Below, in pieces: positions 20,433 through 30,175 of a stretch of 64,000 nucleotides of DNA (positions within the stretch are counted from its first letter, which is position 1; every line of letters begins with the position of its first letter). Both the position numbers and the translations under genes were made by a program. The notes under the pieces were generated by a model. That model was given only the letters and a program-made list of their open reading frames with translations. It searched no databases and was not told the DNA's origin. The stretch is taken from the sequence record PP856017.1. The stretch is one strand, 5' to 3'.

Positions 20433-22523
20433 ATGGATAATATTCTGCTACTCAATAAGAGAAATAAAACAGCAGTTTACCCTAGTGATCTGCTGGTCAT
20501 AGACATTGATAGAACGTGTCCTATCCTCGGAAATCCTGAACCGATGAAGGACCATAGTGACGAAGAACGAACTCGCGTCATCGAAGTGTTTCGTCGTCAT
20601 TTTGAAAAAGAGTACGCTCTTGGCGGCTCATTAACCAAAAGAATACATGAACTTGCAGACCTGGTTCGCTCTGGTAAGCGGATCGGTCTTCGCTGCTGGT
20701 GCCACCCTAAACCGTGTCACGGCAACATCATCATTTCTAAGATCAAAGAACTCCTGGAAGGTAAAATGTCTGAAGCGCCTAATAAACCGAACAAAGAGTT
20801 TTTGCAATATCCTTTTAACCCGGTTGATATCGACTATACGGAATGTCGTTTCGCTATTCACATGCCGCGGCGTGGGGATAATGGGATCGATCTCCACATG
20901 GTCAAGGAAATCATCCACTTCAAAGACGGGACCGTTAAGCCCTGGATCAAGTACGTGCCGAACTACCAGACCAAGTTCTGGACGACGCGCCCTCATCTGC
21001 GCAAGGGTAACTACGCCCACAAACAGAAGAAGGAATGGGAAAGCCTCGACAATCTCGTCGAAGGTCAGGCCACTGCTTCTGATCTGCCGTTTGCAGTCGC
21101 CCGCGCACTCGACCAGATGCGTCTGGCTGGCCGCTGGTTCGATCTGAAGGATTCGCCTTATCTATACGGCGTGGATATTCCTTCAACGGTGCAGTTGAAA
21201 CACGACTACACTGTTCGCATGAACGGTAAACCCGACACGCCATTTGTAACGGCCTATTCCGATACTGAAACGAACATGCTCGGTATCGAAGATGGTGCGA
21301 GCAAACACATCATCATGCAGTCGCTATTCCACGAGGATGGCAGGCTCTACACGGTGATCCTGAAAGACTTCCTCAAGACACTACCGGGTAACACCGAGAA
21401 GGCCCTGAGGGACCTCTATGACGAACACATGCCCCAACAGGGTAAGGACATCGTCAAAGAGTGGGAGATCGACATCGTTGATCAACCAATCGACATTGTG
21501 AAGGCCATTCTGAAACGGTGTCATTCATGGCAGCCTGACTTCCTGTCGTTCTGGAACATGATCTTCGACTTGGACAAGATGATCGAATGCGTTGAAGACG
21601 CAGGTTATCGAGTCGAAGATATCTTCTGCGATCCGCGTCTGCCGCGTGAATTGCGCTATGCTTTCCTCAAGCGCGCGAATCCGAGCAAGACGTCTGCGTC
21701 GGGTCGACTGATGACCAAGAAGCCGGCTGATCAATGGCATACCTTCTTCTGTCCTGCATCGTTTTACATCATCGACCAGATGGCGACTTATCGTTTTATT
21801 CGTAAGTCGAAACAGCTGGAGAAGAGTTACGGTCTGGACGACATTCTGGGCAAAGAACTCGAAGGTCTGGGTAAGCTCAAACATAAACCTGCTGAAGGTC
21901 TGTCCAAAGCTGAATTCCACATCTTCATGCAGCAGAAGTATCCTGGCGAATACGTGATCTATCACATCTGGGATGCGGTCTGTATGCACCTGCTAACGTT
22001 AAAGACGAAGGACTTGTCATTCTCGTTGCCAGGCACGACTGAGTTCTCGGACTTTACGAGTTTCGAGTCTGAGCCGAAACGCTATATTCACAAATTCCAC
22101 TTCTACGCGTTGGAGAAACACAACTGCGTAACTGGTGTGTCAAGTAAAGCACTGGTGCAAGAATTTGACGAGATGACTATTTCCACCAAAGGTCACATCG
22201 TTACTCTTGAACCTCACTTGACGGTGGATTCTGGGATGAAGATCTTCAATGATTATCCCGGAATGCAAACGAACTTCTACGGCCATAATGCTGACTTGGA
22301 CGTTAAGTCCAGTTATCCATACGGCCAATGGGTTTTCAACATGTCGCGTCAAACGACTGTTCGTGAACTCGTTGAGATCGAAGGTGTGCGAGATCATACT
22401 CGACGCATCCAAGGTCTTAACATCTCAGGTGGACGCAGTAATGCGGTTGAATTCTGTACTGAGATCTTCGGTCTTCCGAGCCTCGCTGAACTCGACAAAA
22501 TCTACGATCAAGCAAATCAGTAA
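20433..22523 (+). CDS. split family-B DNA polymerase subunit (3'-5' exonuclease + motif A; gp82-like) with N-terminal DUF4326 domain
   Basis: ExoI YSDTET, ExoII WNMIFD, ExoIII YHIWD, motif A DLDVKSSYP; N-terminal ILGNP...LRCWCHPKPCHG. Confidence 0.85.
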   Translation: MDNILLLNKRNKTAVYPSDLLVIDIDRTCPILGNPEPMKDHSDEERTRVIEVFRRHFEKEYALGGSLTKRIHELADLVRSGKRIGLRCWCHPKPCHGNIIISKIKELLEGKMSEAPNKPNKEFLQYPFNPVDIDYTECRFAIHMPRRGDNGIDLHMVKEIIHFKDGTVKPWIKYVPNYQTKFWTTRPHLRKGNYAHKQKKEWESLDNLVEGQATASDLPFAVARALDQMRLAGRWFDLKDSPYLYGVDIPSTVQLKHDYTVRMNGKPDTPFVTAYSDTETNMLGIEDGASKHIIMQSLFHEDGRLYTVILKDFLKTLPGNTEKALRDLYDEHMPQQGKDIVKEWEIDIVDQPIDIVKAILKRCHSWQPDFLSFWNMIFDLDKMIECVEDAGYRVEDIFCDPRLPRELRYAFLKRANPSKTSASGRLMTKKPADQWHTFFCPASFYIIDQMATYRFIRKSKQLEKSYGLDDILGKELEGLGKLKHKPAEGLSKAEFHIFMQQKYPGEYVIYHIWDAVCMHLLTLKTKDLSFSLPGTTEFSDFTSFESEPKRYIHKFHFYALEKHNCVTGVSSKALVQEFDEMTISTKGHIVTLEPHLTVDSGMKIFNDYPGMQTNFYGHNADLDVKSSYPYGQWVFNMSRQTTVRELVEIEGVRDHTRRIQGLNISGGRSNAVEFCTEIFGLPSLAELDKIYDQANQ

Positions 22524-22568
22524 GCATAGGTCCCTACTCCTGCCTTTCGGCAGGAGTAGGTCTATGTC
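22524..22568. terminator. bidirectional hairpin with GCATAG / CTATGTC flanks
   Basis: cctactcctgcc-tttc-ggcaggagtagg (22533-22560) between convergent genes. Confidence 0.8.
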
Positions 22569-22571
22569 CAT

Positions 22572-23261
22572 CTACGAAGGAACTAATTCAAGACAAGGCC
22601 GCCACACATACACGTTCGATTGGGCATTGTAACTAACATTGCCGCTACCTGTGATATTAGTCCCACCCCGAAAAGCAACAGCATTAGTTCCAGGAGAACT
22701 GTAAGTATTGGCGCAAAAACTGTTTGATTGAGAACTAAAACCAAGATCGCTTGGCAAGTAAGGATTATCGATCTTTGGTCCAGTATAGGTCGTAATGGCG
22801 GGTTCGGAAACGATCGGATAAAACAAATCATTCCACTCGCAACCTGTCAAAACCGCCGGATCGTTGCCTGAATAAACTGGCGTCGGATTATCGCCAGTAG
22901 AAATGAGGCGGATAATGAAAGTCTGACCACCAATTACAATCTTAGCGGTCTGATTTATCCATCCAGCAGACGTCGGGGACGATACCTGAGTAGTGCCGGA
23001 ACCAAAAACGGCACCCCGATTAAATATGCTTTGCCAATTCAGATTTTGACGATAAGGAAGTTTTGCAACATATAGTTCTTTTTCCTTATACATGAAATGC
23101 AACCACGGACTCGTCGTATTTATTGCCGTGCCTGTCGATAATCCAATGCTAGATGATAGTTGAGTGCCACTTACCAGACTGGAAGTAGGAACTTCCCCAA
23201 GAAAAGTCGATGAAAAATCACCCTGTGGTTTCTTTTGTCCTAATAAGAAAGATTCTAACAT
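22572..23261 (-). CDS. virion structural / tail-fibre-associated paralog family protein
   Basis: FLGEVPTSSLVSG..LSSSIG..GTAIN...WLHF...ELYVAK..RQNLNWQSI..RGAVFG pattern typical of multicopy phiKZ-like virion proteins; AT-rich. Confidence 0.65.
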   Translation of the reverse strand: MLESFLLGQKKPQGDFSSTFLGEVPTSSLVSGTQLSSSIGLSTGTAINTTSPWLHFMYKEKELYVAKLPYRQNLNWQSIFNRGAVFGSGTTQVSSPTSAGWINQTAKIVIGGQTFIIRLISTGDNPTPVYSGNDPAVLTGCEWNDLFYPIVSEPAITTYTGPKIDNPYLPSDLGFSSQSNSFCANTYSSPGTNAVAFRGGTNITGSGNVSYNAQSNVYVWRPCLELVPS

Positions 23262-23289
23262 TCTTTTCCCTAGTAATTCTCACTATACA

Positions 23290-23862
23290 CTACCAAATAC
23301 CATAACCAGATGGCATGGAACCGAAGTACTGCGGAGTATCAGGGATCGTAACAATCGAAGCTCCAACACTACCATGAGGACTTGATGCACCAGCCCAGAA
23401 TGTCGTTACGCCAGCTAGATAGGTATTCATGTTCAACTGGGCCAATGCCACATTGTTCCTGAAGAACTGAATCAGACGAGCATCTAGATCGACAGCAAAA
23501 GCAACCGTATCACCTGTCGCGTATGATCCGTAACTAAATCGGCTATTGGCTCCGTAGATCACCTGCGATCCTGAACCATACCACAACAGTTCACCAGCAC
23601 TTGTCCACGGATCATTGAAAGTTGTACTTTGAGAAACCAGTCCAATCAGAGGCGTAAAGCTACTTTCTGATTGAGTGATTACAGCTTCAAAATACCATTT
23701 GCCAGAACTACGTGAAGCAGTACTGAATGCACAGCCTCCGAGATTACCGAGGTTCGCGGTGCGATTGTTATTTGATAAAGCAACAGCGCTGCTTTTCATT
23801 GCAGGATTAAACGTACTCCCTGCAACGCTAACCTTCTTTTTCAAAAGCATTCCCTCTTGCAT
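23290..23862 (-). CDS. SPRY/B30.2 domain protein
   Basis: SSGKWYFEA, GDTVAFAVDLDARLIQFFRNN. Confidence 0.8.
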   Translation of the reverse strand: MQEGMLLKKKVSVAGSTFNPAMKSSAVALSNNNRTANLGNLGGCAFSTASRSSGKWYFEAVITQSESSFTPLIGLVSQSTTFNDPWTSAGELLWYGSGSQVIYGANSRFSYGSYATGDTVAFAVDLDARLIQFFRNNVALAQLNMNTYLAGVTTFWAGASSPHGSVGASIVTIPDTPQYFGSMPSGYGIW

Positions 23863-23887
23863 AATGAGGCCTAATTAGAAGTTCAGT

Positions 23888-23925
23888 GTCATAGGATTCC
23901 GTACTAGGGCGCAAGCCCTAGTACG
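23888..23925 (-). terminator. hairpin followed by TATGAC
   Basis: cgtactagggc-gcaa-gccctagtacg (23900-23925); GTCATA at 23888. Confidence 0.7.
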
Positions 23926-23931
23926 AGGTCC

Positions 23932-24633
23932 TTAGTTGATGTGTTGAATCAAACTGGCCACCGATTGCTTCACTGCATCCAGATCACGGGTTGCGTCAAC
24001 CGTGTAGAGCGGACCCATTTCGTGATAGGAACGCTGCTGGAATTGTATTCGGAAGTTCTGAACGAGATTCTGGAAGAATTCGTCAGGCTTCGATTCGAAC
24101 GCATCCTTAACGCCGCCCGTTGCCGTAACGCGTTCTTCGACACGCGCTTTTGAAGTAGCCGCGTCGATGTCCAGGAAGATCGTCGCGTACTGTGAGATCT
24201 GCTGATACAGCCAGGCGCGTTTGCTCTGATCGTAATTCACCAGGATGTTGGGCAGATTCAGATGGTAATCGAACATCTGATCACAGAGCTTCTTGGGGAT
24301 GCCCTGGGTGTAGTGCTGGTATACCCACGTCGTATCGTTCCAGCGGTCACTGATGACGATCTGGCCAGCCAGAAGGGCAGGTATGATCTGCTCGGTCAGT
24401 ACACGACGCCGCAGGTAGAGAATGCACGACAAAACAGCCGGCATCGGGATTTTCTGATGAATCCATGCGTCTCGCATGAATGCTGCTTCTGCGTCGTTCG
24501 GATATGCCGCCACGACGATATTGGGGATTCCCTGTCCAGTCAGGTATTCGCCAATGAATTTCGAGATACTCGATTTACCGCTGCCGTCAATTCCCTCGAC
24601 GGTCCAGAAACTGTGAATGTTAGCCATGGTCAC
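23932..24633 (-). CDS. tmk: thymidylate kinase
   Basis: P-loop EGIDGSGKSS, ISDRWNDTTWVYQ, IFLDID, DAFES. Confidence 0.92.
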   Translation of the reverse strand: MTMANIHSFWTVEGIDGSGKSSISKFIGEYLTGQGIPNIVVAAYPNDAEAAFMRDAWIHQKIPMPAVLSCILYLRRRVLTEQIIPALLAGQIVISDRWNDTTWVYQHYTQGIPKKLCDQMFDYHLNLPNILVNYDQSKRAWLYQQISQYATIFLDIDAATSKARVEERVTATGGVKDAFESKPDEFFQNLVQNFRIQFQQRSYHEMGPLYTVDATRDLDAVKQSVASLIQHIN

Positions 24634-24673
24634 CTCTTAAGTTATAGACCAAGTTATCGTCGTATTCGGTAAA

Positions 24674-24712
24674 AAATAAAGCAAAAAAAAATACCCCGGA
24701 GTTACCCGGGGC
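24674..24712 (-). terminator. intrinsic terminator
   Basis: ccccgg/ccgggg stem next to a long A-run on the plus strand. Confidence 0.7.
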
Positions 24713-24736
24713 AAATACACACGCACTGTCGAGACT

Positions 24737-25507
24737 TTACATGCGACGCATGTATTGGCTCAGCGGTACGTAGGACGGATTCACGAAGCGGTACATTGCT
24801 GCGGAGGCCTGCTCTTTCTCACGACAGTTGTTTGCATACCGAACGAAGTACTCCAGCTCTCCCTTGTTCTTGGCCGTGCCGACGTACACACTACCGCCTT
24901 CTTTGAGAGAAGAGTAGTAGACTTCGACACCACCTTCCTTAGATCTTGATCGTGCTTGAACGCCATCGGGAATGATGACGTCATGAACAGTCAAGATGTA
25001 GTTCCGGTTGTACTTCACCGGATACCACAGGCACTTGTTCACCTCGTCCGTGAACTGACGCAGGTTCTCGAAGTAGTAGTTGGCAGCTTCCAGAACCATG
25101 AGCTTGTAGTCCTGGTTATGAAATTCCTGCGCAATGGTACTGCCGCCGAACACGCGGACAATGACTTTGCGAGGACCACGCTGGATCGCAACCATCTTCG
25201 AAGGAAGAATGAAAACGCCATGGCCGGCGATGACTTTGACGCCTTCTTCTTTCTTGTCGAACAACTGACGCAGCTTACCGCGGCCATTAAATGCTTTCGA
25301 CTGACCCAGCGCGACGTTGTACTCGCGGAAGGTTTCAGCTGACACCTGATCATCCACGATCGGCGTGAAGATATGGCTCTGGCGAATCGAATTGACTCGC
25401 CATGCCTTATTCCCCAGGCCGGCATTAATCATGGACAGGTCCTGATCGATAGGAAATTCACGATCGAGAATACGAACAACGTTTTTGCCGACGGAAATCT
25501 GTTGCAT
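24737..25507 (-). CDS. hypothetical protein (256 aa)
   Basis: ORF with RBS, followed by a terminator. Confidence 0.7.
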   Translation of the reverse strand: MQQISVGKNVVRILDREFPIDQDLSMINAGLGNKAWRVNSIRQSHIFTPIVDDQVSAETFREYNVALGQSKAFNGRGKLRQLFDKKEEGVKVIAGHGVFILPSKMVAIQRGPRKVIVRVFGGSTIAQEFHNQDYKLMVLEAANYYFENLRQFTDEVNKCLWYPVKYNRNYILTVHDVIIPDGVQARSRSKEGGVEVYYSSLKEGGSVYVGTAKNKGELEYFVRYANNCREKEQASAAMYRFVNPSYVPLSQYMRRM

Positions 25508-25549
25508 GTCGATTTTATCCTTACAATTTTTTAAAGTGAATACATCGCC

Positions 25550-26275
25550 TTAACCGGCGACTTCCTCAGTTGCTGCTTCATGAGCGTCATGCCCATTCAG
25601 TGCTTTCTGGCGCGCGACGATGATGCACTTCGCCATCTCGACGGCCACCAGGAAGTGAGCGTGAGAAGTTTGGTACGGGTTCTTGGGAACCGACACCGTG
25701 CTTGCCAGACGCCGCGGATCACCAGCTGCTTCATAGTTTTCCAACGGCTCGGTTTTCTGGTAGGCGTCGATCATCTCCTTGGTAGCGGAGATCACCGTGT
25801 CTACCCAAACATACTTCTTCTTCCATGCGGCTTTGTAATACCGCTTGGCATCCTCTTCGGAATAGCCTGCATTGGCGAGAGTCGCCAGGCAGCCTTGTTC
25901 GAAGATCGCGCGAGTGCGCACAGACAGCGGAATTGCCACGATCGTGCGACCAACCTCTTGCTCATCCTGTTTACGGATGTTGACACGGAGCTCCCACTCT
26001 CCGAGCCTGTGGGGTACGCGGCTCCAGCCGTGGAAGAACTGCACCAGATCCTTTTGGCGTCCTTCTCCGACGATCCGCTCGATCTCTGCTACTGCTGCTT
26101 CATCAGCTGCCGATGCGAGAGGTCCTTGATGGGGGCGCGTCGCAGGACGATGCGCCGTGTGGTTGCCTCCGCGACTATAAGTCGCAGTGTGCGGCCGATG
26201 CCGCTGGCCTTCTGAGGATTGGGGCGAATTTTTCTTGTTGCCGCCGAATCGATGGGTCATGTTAAGGAAAGTCAT
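25550..26275 (-). CDS. hypothetical early protein (241 aa), basic disordered N-terminus
   Basis: ORF with GGAG RBS and ATATATAAT about 100 nt upstream. Confidence 0.7.
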   Translation of the reverse strand: MTFLNMTHRFGGNKKNSPQSSEGQRHRPHTATYSRGGNHTAHRPATRPHQGPLASAADEAAVAEIERIVGEGRQKDLVQFFHGWSRVPHRLGEWELRVNIRKQDEQEVGRTIVAIPLSVRTRAIFEQGCLATLANAGYSEEDAKRYYKAAWKKKYVWVDTVISATKEMIDAYQKTEPLENYEAAGDPRRLASTVSVPKNPYQTSHAHFLVAVEMAKCIIVARQKALNGHDAHEAATEEVAG

Positions 26276-26375
26276 AGTTGACTCCGCAAGACTAATTTTG
26301 GTAAGCGAGGAATTCGCTTGTTTTAACCAACAGAACTAAGAACCCAGCAAAAGTTTTAGCCGGAAATTCATTTTG

Positions 26376-26384
26376 ATTATATAT
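26376..26384 (-). promoter_or_regulatory. early-type promoter motif ATATATAAT
   Basis: AT-rich intergenic match to the recurrent motif. Confidence 0.5.
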
Positions 26385-26431
26385 TTGTGATTTAATCTGC
26401 ATTAGATAAGTAATCACACAGAAATAAAACA

Positions 26432-26470
26432 GACATAGACTAATACCAGAGACCTTGCGGTCTCTGGTAT
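26432..26470 (-). terminator. hairpin (GCAA loop) followed by TATGTC
   Basis: ataccagagacc/ggtctctggtat (26443-26470); GACATA at 26432. Confidence 0.7.
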
Positions 26471-26472
26471 CG

Positions 26473-26856
26473 TCATTTCGTTGGCGTCTTTCCGGCTTCT
26501 GTGCGGGCAAGCTGCTGCTCCAGTTTCTTGAGGAATCCATTCCCCTGCCCATACATCTTGGCAGAATGTTTCTTGGCGGAATTCATTACCTTCAAGAAAT
26601 CCCTTCGAGGATAGTGAATCAGTTCATCGAAGGAAAAGCCAAAGATTTCATGCACTCGGTTCTCGGCAAACTGGTCGAGTCGGAAGTCGAGTGGGTCAGC
26701 AACGGCCAGATCCTCACGAGGCGAGCAGAATAGAAGCGGCCAGGGAACTTTTGGATCGTCCGGCAAATCGTGGTTGTAGATTCCAAATGCGGTTTCGTAC
26801 TTCATCCGCATGAACAACTCGGCATCCACCACGTTGGGTAGTTTGGCGGTTGTCAT
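26473..26856 (-). CDS. conserved hypothetical protein, about 127 aa
   Basis: Likely start MTTAKL at 26856 avoids overlap with the upstream gene. Confidence 0.6.
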   Translation of the reverse strand: MTTAKLPNVVDAELFMRMKYETAFGIYNHDLPDDPKVPWPLLFCSPREDLAVADPLDFRLDQFAENRVHEIFGFSFDELIHYPRRDFLKVMNSAKKHSAKMYGQGNGFLKKLEQQLARTEAGKTPTK

Positions 26857-26918
26857 GGCTTCCAATACCACGTTTGCCGGACTCAGTCTCCTGTCTTCTG
26901 CACGCGCTAGTTCGGGTT

Positions 26919-28442
26919 CTAGTCCGATGTGGCCTCCAAGGCTCTCGACGTGATCCCAAGCAACTTCTGCTCGACCAGCTGAAAAAAAACCGAAATCGCA
27001 TCGAGTGCGATCAGGCGCGGCCACTTGTCACCGGACTGGGCGTCCTCGTACTCGTTAACCGAAGTCGTCGCGATGATTGCGACTTGCGTGTTGTTGATGT
27101 AATCGCTGATCGCCTTGAAGAACTTCTGGCTGACCTCGTCAGATGCCGACAGGGACGTGAGCACCTTGTCCACGTTTTCACGCGTGGTGTAGAGCTCGCC
27201 ATCTTCTTCGATCGACTTGACGTAGTGCGAATACTGACGCAGACGCGAAGCCTTAGCCAGCTGGCTAATGTACTGCATGCGCTTCTTTTCATCTGCATCT
27301 GCGCCGAGTGCTTCGTGCACCGAGGCCTGGATCTCGTTGATCCACTTTTCACCGGAGTCGAAGTACTCGCGCAGACTCGGCGTATATAGGTGCAGCTTCA
27401 CACCTTCGCCGATGTCCACGATCGTGTTCTGGTTGAACACGAACTGGTCCTTGTACTCCTTGATCTGCTTGAGCGTCATCGGTTGCTCGATGCGCTTGGT
27501 CATGTGCGCCAGCTGTTCATCCTTGAACATCTTGCGATTCATGAACAGCGCCTTACGCAGATCGATGATCTGGCTGATCTTTTCCTTCGGCAGCTTCGTA
27601 TCTTCCGTGAAGACAGCCCGGGACATCGGGAAGCCATTCGGATAGATCGACGTTGCGATCGACTGAGCAATCAGCGGCAGGTCGTTGATCGTGATGTGGT
27701 CGGGCAGGTTTTCGGCCGGCAGGTCGCTGACAGTCGTTTCGACCAGGCTCGCCGCCCACGATTCGTAAACAGCTTTGGCCGTGAAAACCGAGTTGTTCGC
27801 GAACATGAGACCATGCGTTGCGCGGCCGAGCTTGATCGGCTCGGCAATGACTTCACGCCACAGGCGGATGATGTCGACTTCTTCGAGCGGTTTGACCGTA
27901 CCGTAGAAGCCCGAACCGACGAGAGGAACTTGTACCGGTGAGCCCAGACCCAGACGTGCCTTCACAGACAACATCAAGCGTTCCGAGCTCATCTTCGAGC
28001 CACGACCACGATTCGAGAACTTCGGACGACCGACGTTGATGTTCTGCGAATTGAACGACAACGCATTGCGCCATTCGGCATTCGGATCTGCCAGGGCATC
28101 TTCGAAGACGCCGTGTGCTGGAACCGAACGGAAACCGTTGAGCAGCGTCTGATACCAGTCGACGGATTCTTCGTGAACGTCCACGTCGCCCATCTTGCTG
28201 GTCGTCATGTCGTCGTTAACGCGCGAAGCGTTGTCCGGCAACATCGGAATCAGAACGCCTTGGAACGGCTTCAAGTCGTCTTCGGCCGCGTCGGTCATCA
28301 GCGGCGTTTTACCGCTGTCGTAATTCTTGTCCTGCTTGGGCAGCTGGACATTCTGGGGGTCGATGGCGACCTGAGTCTCATCCGGCATGGTGAGGTCAGG
28401 TTCGTCGTGACCGCCCTGTTGGTCTTCAGGAGCGATAGCCAT
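26919..28442 (-). CDS. conserved chimallivirus protein (507 aa)
   Basis: Long ORF in the core block next to the vRNAP subunit. Confidence 0.7.
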   Translation of the reverse strand: MAIAPEDQQGGHDEPDLTMPDETQVAIDPQNVQLPKQDKNYDSGKTPLMTDAAEDDLKPFQGVLIPMLPDNASRVNDDMTTSKMGDVDVHEESVDWYQTLLNGFRSVPAHGVFEDALADPNAEWRNALSFNSQNINVGRPKFSNRGRGSKMSSERLMLSVKARLGLGSPVQVPLVGSGFYGTVKPLEEVDIIRLWREVIAEPIKLGRATHGLMFANNSVFTAKAVYESWAASLVETTVSDLPAENLPDHITINDLPLIAQSIATSIYPNGFPMSRAVFTEDTKLPKEKISQIIDLRKALFMNRKMFKDEQLAHMTKRIEQPMTLKQIKEYKDQFVFNQNTIVDIGEGVKLHLYTPSLREYFDSGEKWINEIQASVHEALGADADEKKRMQYISQLAKASRLRQYSHYVKSIEEDGELYTTRENVDKVLTSLSASDEVSQKFFKAISDYINNTQVAIIATTSVNEYEDAQSGDKWPRLIALDAISVFFQLVEQKLLGITSRALEATSD

Positions 28443-28454
28443 GTAGCGTGTTCC

Positions 28455-29171
28455 TTAGTTGATACGAACGTCGGACGGTTCAAACGTCGGCCGGCTAGCA
28501 GCACCGGGTTCACGTTCCAAGAAATTCTTCTTGACCGGGTCCATGTCTTCTTCTTGCGCGATTTCGCCCAGACCTTCTTGCGGAGCTTCGAGCGCTTGTG
28601 CTTCGGCCGGTCGGTCGCCTTCTTCGAGCACCACGTCGGTGATGATCGGTTGGTTCGACGCCACATCGATGATGGTCGCGTCTTGCGCTTCCATCAATTC
28701 CTTCAGCGCCTTGTTGTAGATCAGGTTCAACTCGCCGATGATCGGCTGGAACACGTTGAACAGATCGATGTCGAATGCCTGGTAGGCTTCGAAGATGCGG
28801 AAGGCTTGCGTGAGCTCTTCATAGCTCAGGCACAACTTCTTCTTGTCGGCATGGCTGTCCCACAGATCCTGGAAGTCCTTGCCCATCTTCTCGACGAGCG
28901 GCGGGATCGACGCCATGAGTTCGTCGAAACGCGGCTGATCGCCGTTCTTCGCGATCTTCATCAGCACGACCTTGTGGCGGTACTGCGAGATCAAGCCGGC
29001 GAGCTTGTCGATGTTCTTCTGGCTGCGGGAGTGCACGGACTTCAGTTCGTACCAGCAGCGCGAGCTCTTTTCGCGGTCGAACGATTTGTTGCCTTTGCCG
29101 GTCATGCCGGTCGATGCACGGCGTTCTGCGTCACGTTGACGACGGCCGACAGATTTCTTGGTCATTTGCAT
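28455..29171 (-). CDS. conserved hypothetical protein (238 aa)
   Basis: Basic N-terminus, helical core, acidic tail. Confidence 0.65.
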   Translation of the reverse strand: MQMTKKSVGRRQRDAERRASTGMTGKGNKSFDREKSSRCWYELKSVHSRSQKNIDKLAGLISQYRHKVVLMKIAKNGDQPRFDELMASIPPLVEKMGKDFQDLWDSHADKKKLCLSYEELTQAFRIFEAYQAFDIDLFNVFQPIIGELNLIYNKALKELMEAQDATIIDVASNQPIITDVVLEEGDRPAEAQALEAPQEGLGEIAQEEDMDPVKKNFLEREPGAASRPTFEPSDVRIN

Positions 29172-29278
29172 ATCCCCAATAGGAATTTTAGATGGTTCAC
29201 CAGACGATAATCCAGAGCAAATAAAAAAGTATTTATTTATTCTGTTTGTTAGATCTTCTGACGAATAAGGAGAACACT

Positions 29279-30175
29279 ATGCTCGATTCGAGCTTGGACA
29301 ACTTTTTGGAAAACGCGTTACCCGCGGAGAAGTACAGACTTTACGTCGACATCATCCAGTATCTGGAGAGCATAGAATACGACACCATCGAAGGTGAGCT
29401 TCTGAATCTCATCTACATGTCGATCGGTGACGAGAACGAAAAGGTTCCGAAACCGGAGTCGACCTGTGTGGACGAAATCTACGGTCACCTGCGTGAGTGT
29501 ATGATCTCTCAGCTTTCGCAAAGCGGTGTGACCGCAAACGAAGAGGTCAGGCTAAAGGATGTGTACGATTTGGCCATTGGCCTTTTCCACATCTCGACTC
29601 ATGAAGACATTGCAGGCATTGTTGCTTGCTGCAGTCTTGATGAGGCACCGATTCATCAGCTGGCTGAAGTACTCCAACTGGTGACGACGGTTTCAGCTGA
29701 CCACTGGCTGACCATCATCGACGAAATTGCACCCGAAGTCATCAAACGCATTGTTGAATTGAGCAAGCAGACGATCGACTCCGAGTATCAAGAGATGGAA
29801 CAGACGGCTGAATATTTACAGAAGATCCGTCTGTTCTCGGAATACGCGAGTCAGAAAGGCATGGTCGATCTGCGAGTCTTCTCGTTGGTGGCAGAAGTCA
29901 TCCTCGGACAGAACTACACGACGTATCTGGACTCGGGTGTTCTGTCCGAGCTCTTCGAAGGCGATCTGATGGATCGATTGGCCATGGAGATGTACGGCAT
30001 GGCTCTGATGTCGAACGATGCTTCGAAGGATCCGGTGGGTTCTATTCGCCGGGTCATCGAGCAATACATCGAAGACACACGTCGAATCGTCGCACTGAAT
30101 TCGCAGGTTCAGCTGGTTAATGCTGAATTTGTCAAGTTCTATCAAATCAACAGCCAGGGATTAGCAAATGGATAA
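29279..30175 (+). CDS. conserved helical protein (gp79-like by synteny)
   Basis: AAGGAG RBS before ATG 29279; coupled to the vRNAP subunit gene. Confidence 0.7.
   Translation: MLDSSLDNFLENALPAEKYRLYVDIIQYLESIEYDTIEGELLNLIYMSIGDENEKVPKPESTCVDEIYGHLRECMISQLSQSGVTANEEVRLKDVYDLAIGLFHISTHEDIAGIVACCSLDEAPIHQLAEVLQLVTTVSADHWLTIIDEIAPEVIKRIVELSKQTIDSEYQEMEQTAEYLQKIRLFSEYASQKGMVDLRVFSLVAEVILGQNYTTYLDSGVLSELFEGDLMDRLAMEMYGMALMSNDASKDPVGSIRRVIEQYIEDTRRIVALNSQVQLVNAEFVKFYQINSQGLANG

Noticed and set aside
26857-27024. Extended start of the 183-aa ORF
   Set aside because: Overlaps the 507-aa gene by over 100 nt; better RBS at 26856
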